64,000 nucleotides of DNA from Balanoglossus misakiensis (taxonomy: Eukaryota; Animalia; Hemichordata). This document shows, one piece after another, positions 63,701 to 64,000 of the stretch (the stretch's first letter is position 1; every line of letters begins with the position of its first letter). The position numbers and the translations under genes are program-made. Where the stretch lies: assembly GCA_040954595.2 (NCBI GenBank), contig CM082596.2, positions 8,383,124 to 8,447,123 of the forward strand, written 5' to 3'. The notes under the pieces are model-generated. The model did not search any database, had not been told where the DNA came from, and saw only the letters and a list, made by a program, of their open reading frames with translations.

Positions 63701-64000
63701 CTGAACGATTTGAACTTGATACATGAGAATATTGCCTTTATTCTTCCAGTTTCTGGAAAAATTATCGAAAGTTGAAATATTGGACTGCGTGCAAAACCTA
63801 CTGCTTTCAATTACGTGTATGTTTCTATGTTAATTGGTCCTAATATGGGTCACAGGCAGTGACATTGAATTATTAACTTTGGCCTGATCTGTCTGTCTCT
63901 GTGAATAAAGAATCAATTCCTAATCTTCATGGGGGAAATGTCCGAATGACTCCCAACATGGTATGTTTACATTTTGCCTGTGGATTCGATGTTGTTATGT

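Noticed and set aside
60164-64000. Candidate last exon of the BH3-only gene (acceptors near 61084, 62004, 62265, 62715)
   Set aside because: None gave a convincing coding continuation; the exon may lie beyond the window.

Overview
Intron-rich, AT-rich eukaryotic DNA with GT-AG splicing and many non-autonomous DNA transposons. It looks like a non-vertebrate metazoan; the exact taxon cannot be fixed from sequence alone. Most ORFs in the supplied track are spurious. Two real genes run divergently from a CpG-rich centre (~37.3-39.8 kb). (1) Minus strand: six exons (37497-37500, 28762-28916, 24392-24460, 23541-23639, 9514-9628, 1927-2054) splice in phase into the first 190 aa of a CMGC (DYRK/HIPK/CLK/SRPK-like) protein kinase with an atypical activation loop; the gene continues past position 1. 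(2) Plus strand: two exons (52125-52698, 59964-60163) encode a BH3-only pro-apoptotic protein whose BH3 exon the ORF track missed. It is a BIM/BAD mosaic. The BIM-like features are the N-terminal motif order, an LC8-binding TQT motif and EPADIRPEI. The BAD-like features are GRELRRISDEF and three phospho-serines spaced 24 and 19 residues apart, as in BAD. An intact orphan cadherin-repeat exon sits antisense inside a kinase intron. Repeats include TTAA-flanked Kolobok-type MITEs (three hugging coding exons, two bracketing the BH3 exon), an 853-bp element with 32-bp perfect TIRs and a 7-bp TSD, TA- and TTAA-flanked mini-elements, and a 50-bp minisatellite. Comparisons with BIM, BAD and kinase families are from memory and need database confirmation.
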